This document shows positions 24,913-38,857 of a DNA stretch of 64,000 bases, piece by piece. Source of the DNA: Octopus vulgaris (lineage: Eukaryota). Within the stretch, counting starts at the first letter, position 1. Each line of letters opens with the position of its first letter. The position numbers and the translations under genes were made by a program. The DNA is taken from positions 117,738,001 through 117,802,000 of the forward strand of contig OX597819.1 of NCBI GenBank assembly GCA_951406725.2, written 5' to 3'. The notes beneath the pieces were generated by a model. The model saw only the letters and a program-made list of their open reading frames with translations, was not told the origin of the DNA and did no database searches.

Positions 24913-26304
24913 TATCTCATATATTACTCGTGTATTTCTTATTTACATTTATCCTTTTCATTATATATTTTACTGCTATTAATTCCGACAGGAAATATCT
25001 TGAGTGTCCTAATGTATATCTCCATTCAATGATACGGTGTACCCTTTTCTTTTAATGCTAATCTGAATATCGCAATCCTTTGGAAATTGTGTCTGGCTTT
25101 GCCCCAAAGTGTATGAGGTTGTCACTTCCATAGCATTTGGTTATTTTACTAGTTATGAAACTAGTTATAGTGCTTTAACTGAATATATTATGTATATTTC
25201 ACTTTCCATTTTTATAGAAAGAAACGCTTTTTTTGTACTCTCTTCCTGCTTGCTTCTAACCCTTCATGGCTGTCTGTGTCTAATCATATATTTATGTATG
25301 AATCTGTATTTGTGTGTGAGTGCATATTATTTTAACATCCTTGTTCCCTTTTGTCTTCTAACTAATTCGTTCTTCTTTAAAAAATGACTAGCATAGAACT
25401 ATTTTTAGTTAAATCAATTACGAATATGGCCTAAATTAATCAGACGCAATTATCATCTTCCACCCTTTCTATGTTTTTTTCCCATTTATTATTTTTCTTT
25501 ATTGTTACACCCAATACAAAATTCAATTTCTTCATGGCATCCATTAGATAATTGATATTCTATGAATGAAACTAACAATAGAATATTTAACCCAACCGAC
25601 CTGAACAACTGGAACAGATAATAACAAGACTTTCGTTTCTTCCACTACCATATTCATCATCATGCTCATGAATATCTTCATCTCCAACATCATTATCGGT
25701 AATATCACATTGATAATCATCATCAAAGTAGTGGACATTATCACCAGCATCAACATCATGCTTCCAGCACAAGGAAAGCATCAACATTATCTTCACGAAC
25801 GTTTTATTCTCTTTGGAATTTGCGTTTTAATTAGTTCACATAGCAGATAAAACAGAAAGAGAATTGTAGACTATCACGTGAATAATAAATTCGGAGCCAA
25901 TTTATGATCACTGTGAAGTAATTACCACTTGAAGACACTACTCTGATATTAAGAGACACTTTAAAGAAATATAGCGCACAAATCTGTCGATCAGGGTTCT
26001 TCTTTGGTGCATTATACATCGATTAGTTCCTATTACCTCCTCCTAACTCTCTACTCGTTCATTACAAGGATATATATTTGCCAGCCTTTAGAAAAAATCT
26101 CATTTTCAACAATGAGAAATGAGAAATATAGCATAAAGATCCGGAAATACGAAGACGCAATCATTAGACGTTTTTATTATTTCGTTAAATTTACATATTA
26201 TTATACCTTACATTTATATATCTTGCGTTTGAAATATTCAGTATATATATATATATATATATATATTTAGTTTCAGCTCACAAGCTGTGACCATGCTGGG
26301 GCAC

Positions 26305-26386
<82 letters not shown>

Positions 26387-26399
26387 TGTATGTATGAAT

Positions 26400-26629
26400 G
26401 GTATACGGACAACTGCCCAACAGACACGTGCAAGATCATTTTAATGTACGTCGAAACTAAAAGTTTAAGATATTAAGCGTGGGTGTGTGGTAACAAGCTT
26501 GCTTTCAAATCACATGATTTTTGGTTCAGTGCATTGCGTAGCATCCTGGGCAAGTGACGTCTGCTATAGCCCCGGCCGACCAATGTATGGTGAGTAGATT
26601 TAGTCGACGGAAACTGAAAGAAACCGGTC

Positions 26630-26716
<87 letters not shown>

Positions 26717-28536
26717 TTTGTTCCCACCGCCATCGCTTGACAACTTATGTTGGTGTTTTTCCTTCCCCAAAACTTAGTGGTGCTCCCTATGGCCGCAGTC
26801 AAATGACTGATATGATTAAAAGACTAAAAGAGTAAACGAAATTTTTATTAACCAATTTTAGTTGTAACATAAAAGTACAAAAAATACAATTTATGCTTTA
26901 ATTGTTGAAACAGAGGTAAGAAATTAGATTTTATAAAAACAATATTATTTTCAGGTAATTTATCTGTATCACGAACAATAATGTGATTTGGAAAATAGTA
27001 CAAAATAAAAAAAGAATTAAACTTTACTTTATGAGCTATTCCTTTTAAAAAATCCATCACCTCTCGAATTTTATAATCCTCCTCAATATTTGCAATTCTT
27101 TCCATTAAATATTGTTACTTGTTTTCTTTTTGGGTGAGGGCTGATGTCCTGCCAACATTTGTTTGATGATCATGTCGTTAAGCGCGTGTTCCGTCTTCAA
27201 TACTTGAAGATAACGTCAGATACTTGGATGATTTCACGTCATATTCGACTGAAAATGCCATCCTTCCAAGGAATTAATTGTTCGTGATTAATCATACCAT
27301 ACGCAGTCATTCACATTCCATATACAAATACGCCGTCGTATTCTATCGATATAAGAATCTTCAAATTAATCAATGATTGGATCTCTTTCATGGCACAAAG
27401 TTTCTTGTAATTGCTCAAATGCTGTCACAACATTGTCTGCTGGCACAAAAGCCAAAGCTGGTATCATTTGAATGCTTAGAGCAAAAACAGCATCGCTCTG
27501 ATATCTTGATTATAATCCCTATGATTGTTCCTTCCGATGAACTGCTTGAGAGAGATGAAAAAATCACACTTTGATAATTGCATTTGGAGAACTTTCGGTA
27601 ATTGCATTCTTGGCAGCTTGTTCCTAATCGATAAAAATAGTAGTTGGGTTGAGGCTGTAGGTAATCGCCTGAAGTTGGCTGGAAAGTTCTTCATAGGTGG
27701 CTTGACGTTTATTTGGCAATAATGCAATGACAACGAATCGTCCTATTAGAGATTAAACAGTGAATGGAGTAGAGTTGGTAAAACAGTTCTGGTACTACTT
27801 TGAATATAGCATTGCAAAACTTATCATTTAAAGATTGTAGAAGTCGCACACTTTTCTCAGTAGAAAACGAAAGTAAACGGTTGACGCTGGATCCTCTATC
27901 GTACGTTTCTCGGTATGTCATGCAGAGCGTGTATAGCTTGCTTCTATCTTCTGATTGAACTCCTAATAATGCTCATGGCTGGTAGCCAAGTAAAGGCTTT
28001 CTCCGAAACATTCTGTAAATTTTGCGTTATAATTTGTTGTGAATATTGATGGTTTATAATAGCTTTCTCCTTCATTTCTTTACGCACAGTTTGATCTTCA
28101 CGAAGAACATATGCAGCGTGAGTGTGCTCGTATGTCTGGCTAATTATTTCTTCTATACACACTATAATTTAAGCCTTGTAGTTGTTATTTCGGCAGCGTT
28201 CACATTCGTGGAACTTATCTCCAGATGACAAGCCCTTGTTCTTAACGTAGACGTAACCATTATAGCAGAGCTTCAAACCTCCAAGTTCAGTTTTAACGAG
28301 ATTCATGGGTACTAACAATTGTGTATTAAGATCAAAGAAGTTTCACGGACTACACTATTAAAGTTGCTAGGCCTTTCGAAACCGGGTGGTCTTTAACTTC
28401 AGCAAACTGAGGAAAATACAACTTTTGAGTACAGGAAGATTCGCCCAAATGACAGATAAAGTGAAATGAATGATAAGGGTTAAATGAAATTGTCTGTCGG
28501 GCAATTAATTACTCGTCGGACAGTTGACCGAGAATC
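26400..28536 (-). mobile_element. MULE (Mutator-like) transposon relic with TIRs
   Basis: Reverse translation FKVVPELFYQLYSIH (near 27760-27805) and RTINSLEGWH (near 27255-27285), typical of animal MULE transposases; terminal inverted CGGACAACTGCCCAACAGACA / TGTCTGTCGGGCAATT...CGGACAGTTGACCG. Confidence 0.75.
26474..26833 (+). mobile_element. SINE family A nested in the MULE relic
   Basis: Family A head, internal (TA)(TG) tract and tail. Confidence 0.85.
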
Positions 28537-28559
28537 ATACATATATATATAAAATATAT

Positions 28560-28645
28560 GTGTCTTCTGCTGTAGCCTCGGGCCGACCAAAGCCTTGTGA
28601 GTGGATTTGGTAGACGGAAACTGAAAGAAGCCTGTCGTATATATG

Positions 28646-28690
<45 letters not shown>

Positions 28691-28906
28691 ATGTTTGTGT
28701 GTGTGTGTGTTTGTCCCTCTAGCATTGCTTGACAACCGATGCTGGTGTGTTTACGTCCCCGTCACTTAGCGGTTCGGCAAAAGAGATCGATAGAATAAGT
28801 ACTAAGCTTACAAAGAATAAGTCATGGGGTCGATTTGCTCGACTAAAGGCGGTGCTCCAGCATGGCCGCAGTCAAATGACTGAAACAAGTAAAAGAGTAA
28901 AAGAGT
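28560..28906 (+). mobile_element. SINE family A, 5'-truncated
   Basis: GTCTTCTGCTGTAGCCTCGGGCCGACC...GAGTAAAAGAGT. Confidence 0.9.
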
Positions 28907-29999
28907 ATGTATGGATCTCGTTTGGTACTGCCTGATATTTGACACCAAATCTACTCGCTTGTTGTTTGTCAAAACCTCTCCACACCAGTTGATTGATAGG
29001 GCAACACTTGACTTCCAAGGAAGGGGTCAGTCTTTTGTTTAGGGTGTAGGGTTTGACCTAGATTACTGATCACCACAGAGAGCATTTCCTCTCACTTTCA
29101 TGTCAGACAGACCAAATAGCAACAAGCTCTTTTGCGTGAGTCATGATCAAGAGCAACACATCACTTCGGCCTTCGCTCAACATACGAAGAAAAGCTTTCG
29201 GCGGCAGGAAAGTCGATGCCACCTTTATCCTTTCTTCCTTTCTAGTCAACACCGTGCATTCGTTAATCTTTCACTCACTGCAGACAGACAGCGGCTTCTA
29301 CTACTAACCAGCGAGCCAATTTTTTGTCATTGTCACTACAATTACTACTGTTTCTTTAACTACTTGTCGGGCAAACGAATAAATATGTGTAAACAATATT
29401 TCTTCCTTCTTGGTGTTGATTCTTCGATGTTCACTAGTAACTCCGATGCGAGAACCTTCAAGCATTACATCTACAGCTACATTTGGTAGTGGCGTACACA
29501 ATATCGACCTCATATGGCAGGAGGATTCAGCTGCTACATGTATGTTTATGTGTGTGTATACATATAATTATATACATGCAGATGAGCACACACACACATA
29601 GACATATATATAAATACACACATACACACACACACACAGATATGGACATCTATCAATATTATTAAGTCTTTCGTACAGGATCAGTTTCCGACAATCTGGA
29701 TATGGAATATCACTAACAATATATACGTTTGTGAAACGATAACAATATGGCTCGGTGGTATTGTTATATACCTTCTGAGATAGCAAAACAGGGACATGGT
29801 TTTGATCGCCATCTCCTTTCATTTGTAGTAGGTCAGTAGCGAAAAATTAGTCTTTAATATTTTCTTTTTTTTTCTTTTTTGCGTACAGCAAAATATAGTT
29901 ATGAAAAAATTGACACGAAATATATACGTTGTTGAATATATCCAAAGCAGGATAATGGGCACACTTCTTTTGAAGAACACAAAATGTGAAAATCATATA

Positions 30000-30552
30000 T
30001 TGGGTTGTCCAGAAAGTTCGTGCCGATTTTTAAAGGAAAGAAAAAGGTCAATAAATACTTGCCATTACATTTAAATCAACCAAATATGGAACATGTTGAT
30101 ACACAATGTGTCTTCATCTTTCCTTTAACTTGAAAATACCCTCTTTTCAGAATTGAGGTGGTTTCATGGAAAATAATTCATCAAGATATCTTTTTACGTC
30201 ATCCAAGGAATATGAATGTTTAGCTTTAAGACTATCCTGCAGAGACCTGAATAAGTGGAAATCCGAAGAATCAATATCTGGTGAATATGGAGGGTGGGTA
30301 ACACATCCCAGCCCAGCTGCAGCAATTTTATTCTGGTTCCCAAAGCATCAGATGCCAAAATTAACTTTCTTATAAAGGGCTTTAGAATTAACACAAGTTA
30401 TAGGAAAATAAACCTTCTTCCACGAAAAGATAGCTTAAACTGTGCTCTAAATGGAGGTGCAGTCAAATCGTATTTTATGGACTCAACCATGTTCTAAAAT
30501 AAGTCGAAAGGTATGCTACTATATATCGGCACGAACTTTCCGGACAACCCAA
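30000..30552 (-). mobile_element. internally deleted mariner element
   Basis: Near-perfect 28-bp TIR TTGGGTTGTCC(A/G)GAAAGTTCGTGCCGAT with TA TSD; reverse translation HPPYSPDIDSSDFHLFRSLQ (mariner YSPDLAPSD motif). Confidence 0.92.
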
Positions 30553-30859
30553 TATTATAAGAAATATAACTGTAGTACAAATAACACTGAGGTGACATGG
30601 GTCTTCTCTGAATCTTAGCAAAGCTGGAAGCATTTCTTTGTATCAACTACATACAGTAGTTTCAGTAAATAATTTTATTGAAATGAGAATAATATAAAAA
30701 AAGATCATCAGCAAGATATCTACAAGAAACATATTTTTACTCTCTTTATTGTGATTTGCTGTTAGCTGCTGTATATTTTCGAATAGAAAAGCATATATTT
30801 TGAAAAAAAGGAGTGTATGGATAAAATGCGTGCATGCATCGAACAATGACTTATTTTAT

Positions 30860-31370
30860 ATAAGAATGGAATGTTTACTGGAGATTCTAAGATTTGAACA
30901 TAACATGTTTTTATTAACATTATTTATTTTTGACGGATATTTGTCCTCATCTTGTTTGTTGTTATCACAATTTTTTCGGATAATATACCGTCAAGACTTC
31001 TTCGGGTGTATTGGGGACATTTTGTACCTGGGTTCTCATTTCTAAGGTATTTTTCGATGTTGTTGTTGTTGTTGTTATTATTATTATTGTTGTTGCTGTT
31101 GTTGTTGTTCTTGTTATTGTTGTTGTTGATGTTGTTGCTGTTGTTGTTGTTGTTGTTGTTGTTGCTGTTGTTGCTGTTGTTGTTGATGTTGTTGTTGCTG
31201 TTGTTGTTCAGGTCACTGCTTGGAATTGAACTCGGAATCTTGGGGTTAGCAGCCCGCGCTCTTAAACCACAACGGCATATGCCCGGGGACAAGATGACAA
31301 GTATCCGTCAAATGTAAATAATGTAAATAACATACATAATTCCTAATCTCTTAAATATAGAACTATAAAA
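30860..31370 (-). mobile_element. composite element: inverted terminal block, tRNA-like head, (AAC)n and degenerate HHR (family H4)
   Basis: tRNA-like 31209-31284 (B-box GAGTTCAATTCC); (TTG)n 31058-31208; reverse complement ACAC CCGAAGA...UCC GAAA AAAUUGUG at 30965-31009; 30918-30957 is an inverted repeat of 31288-31325. Confidence 0.6.
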
Positions 31371-33099
31371 TGTTTTGATGTATCCATTGTTTAATTGCGC
31401 CATGACTTTACGGTTTCCGTAGAAATTTTCTATGTCTATGCAATATCTTAGAAGCAGCAGAAGAGATATAAATTGCTAACATGCATGTAAGTTTAAGGCC
31501 TCTACATATAGTGCTGAAACTACTACAATGCTGTCCATAATATGTCTTGAATAACATTTTAGTTTAACTAAAATATATAAGCATGTAGTATTTAGGAAAG
31601 AAAAAGAATCAATACAGATTTATGAATAATATAATTACACGTTGAAATAATGGCTTCCACAATAACAACTAAGAAATCTTGTAAAGAATTGTTATTCCCA
31701 TAGAAATTTTCTAAACGACATAAAATTTAATAAACTATTTTTTCGTGAGAAACCAAATAATTCTTAAGCATTTCTCTTTTCTTCTCTAATTGCGCAGAGT
31801 TATACTTTTTTTCGAACTTCTGTATTGTTTTGTGGCAATCTGGTTACTGAACAGATATTTATACATGGAAAAATAAATTCTTCGAAGTTAATTATGAGTA
31901 GAATGGACACTGTGTTTTTCATGTGTATACACTTTTGGTATCACGTATCATGACAGATGGTACTAAGTATGCATAATCGGGGTAAATAACATATTTTGCC
32001 TCCTTGTTATCTCTAAGTAAATACTATATACTTAGGCAGATGATAGTTGCCAGATCTCTTATATAATTCATTTCTATGTACTGTTTCCTCAGGTAAATAG
32101 ATTAAGGGAACAAGGTAACAAACCGTTTATGCTCTTTAAATTGCTTATAGATTTAAAGTGAAATAATAATGGTTCAAATGTGTTTTAGAGTATTCTTTCA
32201 TGTGCGTTATTTCTGAATTCTGGTTTTTCGAGTAAACTTGTTTAATCTATGTCTTAAATTGTATATATGCACATATTACCTACTGTTATATAGACATTTA
32301 AAAAAAATACCCTCGACTCAAAACTGGTAAACGTTCGCCAGATCAGGAAATTTACTAGGAATAGCAGAAATATTTTTGTAAGATCATATTACATAGTGTT
32401 CGAAATGAAAGTGTACGGTAGATAATACAAAACCAGGATATATTAAAACAGAGGATGGTCAGGACTGAAACAGACATCTATATCATTTGATATCGAGGAT
32501 ATATAACTAGTAAAAAATCTAATCTTTTCGAATATCGCTTTGATGTAGGTATCAATAGGTTATACACACTTGCATTTAAAATCACCTTTGAAGATGATGA
32601 AGTAAATGATAATTTTATGTTTACACTGTTCCGTGCAGATTATAGATTTTTGTGTTTTATAAGAAACACAATTGTTAATATGAAATTTTTACTAACGCAC
32701 TGAATATTACGCCACTCATGTTTTTTAACATAAGACTTCAGTTTATGTGGCTTTATAATATACAGAGCGTTTAAGAGATGTGGAATGGAGGTAGAAGGTG
32801 AGTAAGTCTGAAATGGGAATTTGGAAGTTTGTGGGCAATGAGGGGAGTAAACGTGGTACCTATACTACTTGGCACACTTGGATGTATCAGCACCCAATAA
32901 CCAGCATGGCTCAAAAAGATTAGTACGAATGTAAAGATTGAACACGTACAAAAATCAGCATTGCTTGGAACTGAAATAATTCTTCGCAGGTTTCTTCAAG
33001 CATGTGACCCCATAGTCTGCTGGCTGTGGACAGCTGACACTTCCATTATGCCCAGCAAAATAAGTTGTGAGTTTTCATCAAATGATAATAATGGCAATA

Positions 33100-33303
33100 A
33101 TCCTTTCTACTAAAGGTGCAAGGCCTGACATTTGGGGGAGGAGACTAGTCGATTATATCGACTCCAGTGTGTAACTGGTACTTGCTTAATCGACACCGAA
33201 AGAATGAAAAGCAAAGTCAACCTCAGCAGAATTTGAACACAGAAGATACAGACGGACGAAATACCGGAAAGCATTTCACCCGGCGTGCTAACGTTTCTGC
33301 CAG
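33100..33303 (-). mobile_element. SINE family B
   Basis: AAAGTCAACCTCAGCAGAATTTGAAC...GCTAACGTTTCTGCCAG. Confidence 0.85.
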
Positions 33304-33334
33304 CACGAACGTTGAATGTAGAGCGTTATTGGCA

Positions 33335-33567
33335 AGGTGGCGAGCTGGCAGAAACGTTAGCACACCAGGGGAAATACTTACGGTGTTAGTCTGCCGCTAC
33401 GTTCTGAATTCAAATTCCGCTGAGGTCGACTTTGCCTTTCATCCTTTCGGGGTCGATTAAATAAGTACCAGCTACGCACTGTGGTCGATAGAATCGACTT
33501 CATCCGTTTGTCTGTCCTTGTTTTTCCTCTCTGTGTTTAACCCCTTGTGGATATTAAAGAAATAAGT
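33335..33567 (+). mobile_element. SINE family B, head-to-head with the previous copy
   Basis: GGTGGCGAGCTGGCAGAAACGTTAGC...AAAGAAATAAG. Confidence 0.88.
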
Positions 33568-34337
33568 AGAGCGGTATTGGCACATTTCGTGATACGGCGT
33601 TTGCTATCATTCACTGCCTGACACAGGATACACCCTATCAAGCTATAAAACTTTATCCTGTATTTTTCCAATTACGTTTTACTTCTGTAATATTGCATGG
33701 ATAGCAAAGAATTCTGCACATATGAACATAAAAATTTATGAATTACGAGTCATGTCAGAACATTTGTCTTCGAATGAAATATATGTAACATAAACGATAA
33801 TATGAAGCGGTAGAGAAAAGTGAAGAAAGGGATTCCATATTCATATGAAAATTTTGAAATTCTTTTATTAAATTTATCATGATTAATACTTATGAATTTT
33901 GCGGGTGTTATATTTCTCGAATATAAGAAATTGATGTGAAAACGAGCCTACTGCGAGGACGTTTAAATGTTACAGAAGATGGATGCTTTATACTTACTGC
34001 TTCCTGAGCGATACTAAAATATCATTGCCTATCTTTCAATCCAGTAATTTAAAATGCATAAGAAATCTATTGGAATTGATTCCATTGTATTACATTCCGT
34101 TTTATTTCTTACAATAAATTAATATATGGAAGAAAATGATATTTATTAACTTCCGCTGTAGATGCGAATTCAACGTATTTTAATCTCCGGTTGAAGCTAT
34201 TTCACATACAGTATGCAGCTAATTACATCGGGAAAGCCTTCAAATACGCCGACGTTACTCAGTGTCATGAAATATTGTGCCCTCTTGGCTGGGAAAATAT
34301 TCAGCTATATTTTCAGAAACATAATGTAATCACAAAC

Positions 34338-35807
34338 TAAAATGAACCAGAAAGGAAACGTAGCACACATACTAAATAGAAACCAGTTTATAACAGACTA
34401 TCATAGCATTGATTGAAGTGTGCTAGTTACGAAACGATGCTTTCCTAAAGATAAAACGTCATTTCCTGAAATATGTTTGACATCATGTGGTGTCAAGTGA
34501 TGACGGAGTGTCCTGGATCGAAAGAGATGAACTCAATATCTCGCATGACCACCGTTGGCGTTGATTACCATCAGGTATTTTCTATACATTGAATGCACCA
34601 AAAACTATTGATGAAGGCCATGGGCATAGCAGCCCATACTATGTTAAAACATGCAGTGAGTTGTGCCGCAGTTCTCGACCTTGGACAGATATTATTTACC
34701 CTTCGTTGGAATGCGTCCTACAGATGCTCTATGGGGTTCAATTCCGGACACAGGGCAGACCATGGAAGTAGCAGAATGTTGTATTGTTGGAGGAAGCTTG
34801 TTGTCAATCTGGTAGTAGTATGGGAACGAGGCTGTGTTGTGTTGGAACGTGATTCTGATGAAGGGCAAAGTATGACACAATGTGAGGACTTAACGTTACT
34901 CTGTTGCCTCGGCCTTGGTCGATGTTTTGGAAGATCACCAGTCCAACGGTACAAGTTTCTAGTTAAGTGCAATCCCACCCATTATAATGATGCTCTGTCC
35001 TCCCCATTACTCTCTCTTCTTCACCCCTTCTTCTCCAATCCTTAGCTCTGCCATCGGCCACAGAAATACAATATCGACTTTCGTCAGAGAAGACTATAAT
35101 CCTCTACTGCTGATATCACCAGTTCTGAAGACTTTGAGCCCACTGCAGACGTACCGGTCGATGATGATCTGTGAGGATGGTGTCCTAGCCGGAGGTCAAC
35201 AAGACATATTGAAATACCTCAACCAGCTGTGAACTGTCTCTGCACAAATTGGTCAGTGGTGAGTCCCTATAGTCTCATTCCGTTGCCCTCCGGAATCGAC
35301 CCTGCAAGAGCTGTCAATGCCGGTGGTGCTCTTGACATGCCGTTGGTCGGTCACTGCGAGGACAATAACCCGTCCTGTTTGTGGCATTGTATTGTTCTCT
35401 CAACCACTCAATTGTCCGAATACCGCAGTATGGACGTTGACGAGCATGGAGACGTCCGATGGCTTGCTCCGTCTGATTTCGTGTCAGTCTAGGCCTGTTT
35501 GCTGCGTTTGGGAAACGAATGACAGGCAGGTAAATTTGGGTGGCTTTAATACCCAATGAGTCAACGTTTTGCACATGCATTATGCTTATCATAACGATTC
35601 GTTCGTGAGCATTACCATGTTCACGAAAAGTGAGCGAGTTCGAACACTTTATGCAACTTGTGTTTTCAAAAGAGATTGGTGTGTGGGTCAGTGACATCAT
35701 CCCTATTTCAAATTGCATTGAAATGAAATAAAATCCATATAATATCAATATCGTATGCGAAACAAATAATAATTTAAAGTGCGACGTTTCTTTTGTAGTT
35801 CATTATA
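34338..35807 (-). mobile_element. Tc1-like transposon relic, near full length with TIRs
   Basis: Reverse translation PRLTRNQTEQAIGRL...LPWSALCPELNPIEHL...GGHARY*; TIRs AATGAACCAGAAAGGAAACGTAGCAC / GTGCGACGTTTCTTTTGTAGTTCATT; related to the 23688 element. Confidence 0.85.
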
Positions 35808-36619
35808 CTTTCGTATAGCTTATTATAACTTACATATTTTATATATCTTATATACAATTAAACTGAAACTGTACGATATAGCACTATTAATACAGGCACT
35901 GCGGCACTGCAGTTAACATATGTCGCACGTGCTCTTTAGAACAAATATATTGTTGTTTAATTTCATACCATTGGTTATAAAACCTTACGAAATGGACGAA
36001 ATCTAATTTCATTAATGAGAAAATTCAAAGAAATTTAGTATTTCGTTTTAGTTTGCTTAGCTCGGAAAACCAAAGACAAAAGCAAAATGTAATTCTTAAA
36101 TGTACCGAAGTAATTGCCAAGTGATATATGTAAGCAAAAGCTAAGTCCAAAACGGATCTGATTTATTATGAAATGATACTTTATCTTAAACAAAGCTGGC
36201 ATGTCATATCTGTTATCGTAAATACTAGGTGATCTGCATCCTACTTTAAATGATATTTCTGTTGTTGTTTGACGAAATTTTCTTTTTAGTTCAAGCATTA
36301 CAGCCGTAGTAATTTTGTCCTTTCAGAGAACTAATTGCTTTTTTTGAGTGGGGTGTGGTTCATTTTTGAAGAAGTGACACCACAATATTTTTTTGTTGTA
36401 TAGCGCAGTACATCTTCATTAGCATACGATCAAGAGTAACTTTATTACAAATATGTTTTCCGTTCTATGAAATATAACATATCTGTAGATGATATTCATG
36501 ATGAAATGCATATACGATCATTTCATATATAATATAAACTATTTTTATCTTACTTCAAACGAAATAAGTACAACATTCATAACTGAAAGTATTACATTTT
36601 GCTTTTCCCTACGAAATTC

Positions 36620-36915
<296 letters not shown>

Positions 36916-38410
36916 AAAACTGTCTGTTTTTTCTGTGAATAAATATTTAATTGCACATATATATGTGTATCTGTATTATATATGCATATGTACGCACACA
37001 TACATGTACATGCGTACAATCATAAATGCATTCACAGGGACATATTCACACAGGAATATGTGTTAGTACACAGGTATACAGGTATGCATTACGATATATA
37101 CGTCTTTGAACTTCTGTTGACGGTTACACAAAAAAAAACTGGAAACGAGTGCTATTTTCACTTTCATTTATCACTTAATAGAACACTTTACTATTTTTCT
37201 ATTAGTAATTTACTGTGTCGTCTAATTTCTGCAACCTATTTATTTATAGCTTTACACTACATTCAGAAAATTCCACCTTGACGAACGGAAATGTGTTTCT
37301 AAGGGTATCGGAAGCCAAGGAGCAAGTTGATCTTTCGTATTAGTTTACTATTTTAGCTACCCCATCTCTTCTATAACCACATAAAGAGTAGAAAATAACA
37401 TTTTCTTCACCATTTTAGATACCTTACTTTTCTGTATTTTCATTGGTTATATTTGCCTGGGTTTTGCCAGTTTTATGTCTGCCCAGTCATCATGTGGTAT
37501 TTTTATTCATTAGATTATTTATTCATTTATTTATTTTCTATTCGTATGTAAGTGATTAAGTGTATATTGCCATCTTTCTATACACTCTGTGTATTTATAT
37601 TGGTGCATATGAATACTTGTAACGCACCTATTTTAATACATATGATTATCTAAATCTGCTTATTACTGGGAGTAACTTTTCTCGAGTCGTATTGCATTTC
37701 TTATGTAGATGTCTGAAAGTTAAACTTTCATATGTAGTAAATTCTTTCTGAATTAAACATACGCTTCATGTTGAAATTTCCGAGGAAGCAATACGATGTT
37801 GCACATGCAATTATTTGTGAGTACACTGTTTCTTGTAAGAAACACACCTGTTTACTTTTTAGTCAATCGATTTGTATGTGTATAAATATATTATGAATTG
37901 GCAAATGTCAGGTGTAAAGCTTAATGGAATGTAGATAGCCCTGAAGCTTTCCTAAAGTGGCTCTCAATTTTGTGATTTACCACTGGATACTTTTATTGTC
38001 AAGGACTATATGAAAATTAATGCTGAATTTGATTGGCTGCGAGATTTCGCGTATAATCATAAATGTGTATGAAGTGTTGGAGGCTACACGTAGTAGTTTG
38101 GCATGAGTTCTACGAAGTGGAGGTTTGGAGTAAAGAAAAAGGAGTGGACTAAAAATGGGTCAATGAGAATGAGGTATACGGTACAATGTTAAGTGTTAAG
38201 AGGTAAGGCATAATCCACACAGAAATGTATAAAAGAGGTGTAGGCTTCCAATGATATTGATATAGAATATGTTGATTGAAAGATTCATAAACTTCTAGGA
38301 GAATTACCTTTAAACAAAATCATACAAATATCAAGAAAAGTTGTACATATAGGCAATACGTTTCATGTGTCAGAGGCGTGAAATTTAGTTATGAATGCAA
38401 GATAATATAT

Positions 38411-38612
38411 AAGGCAGCGAGCTGGACGAGTTGTGACTACACGGGCAAAATATTTAGCAGCATTTCGTTCGTCTCTACATCTAAATTTCAAATTCCACCG
38501 ATTTGCTTTTCGGGGTCGATAAAATAAGTACCACTTCAGCACTGAGATCCATGGAATAGACCTCGTCCCTCTCCGCTAATTGCTGGGATTTTGCGTTAAT
38601 TTGAAACCAATA
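38411..38612 (+). mobile_element. SINE family B, diverged
   Basis: AGGCAGCGAGCTGG...TTTCGGGGTCGATAAAATAAGTACC. Confidence 0.75.
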
Positions 38613-38642
38613 TATATTTCGGGATATTTAAGAAAAGTTTCG

Positions 38643-38857
38643 TATTTCTTTATTGCCCACAAGTGGCTAAACACAGAGGGGACAAACAAGGACAGCCAAA
38701 GGGATTAAATCGATTACATCGACCCCATTGTTTAACTGGTACTTAATTTATCGGCCCCGAAAGGATGAAAGGCAAAGTCAACCTAGGCGGAATTTGAATT
38801 CAGAACGTAACGGCAGAAGAAATACTGTTAAGCATGGCGTGCTAAAGTTTCTGCCAG
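38643..38857 (-). mobile_element. SINE family B, tail-to-tail with the previous copy
   Basis: CCCGAAAGGATGAAAGGCAAAGTCAACC...TTTCTGCCAG. Confidence 0.85.

Noticed and set aside
25544-25850. Asp/His-rich or Met-rich ORFs
   Set aside because: Decayed (CAT)n repeat, open in several frames, with no convincing splice context
28907-29515. Possible DNA transposon relic
   Set aside because: Only weak terminal similarity and no transposase motif I can support
30924-31317. Poly-N / poly-L / poly-V ORFs
   Set aside because: (TTG)n tract inside a repeat element
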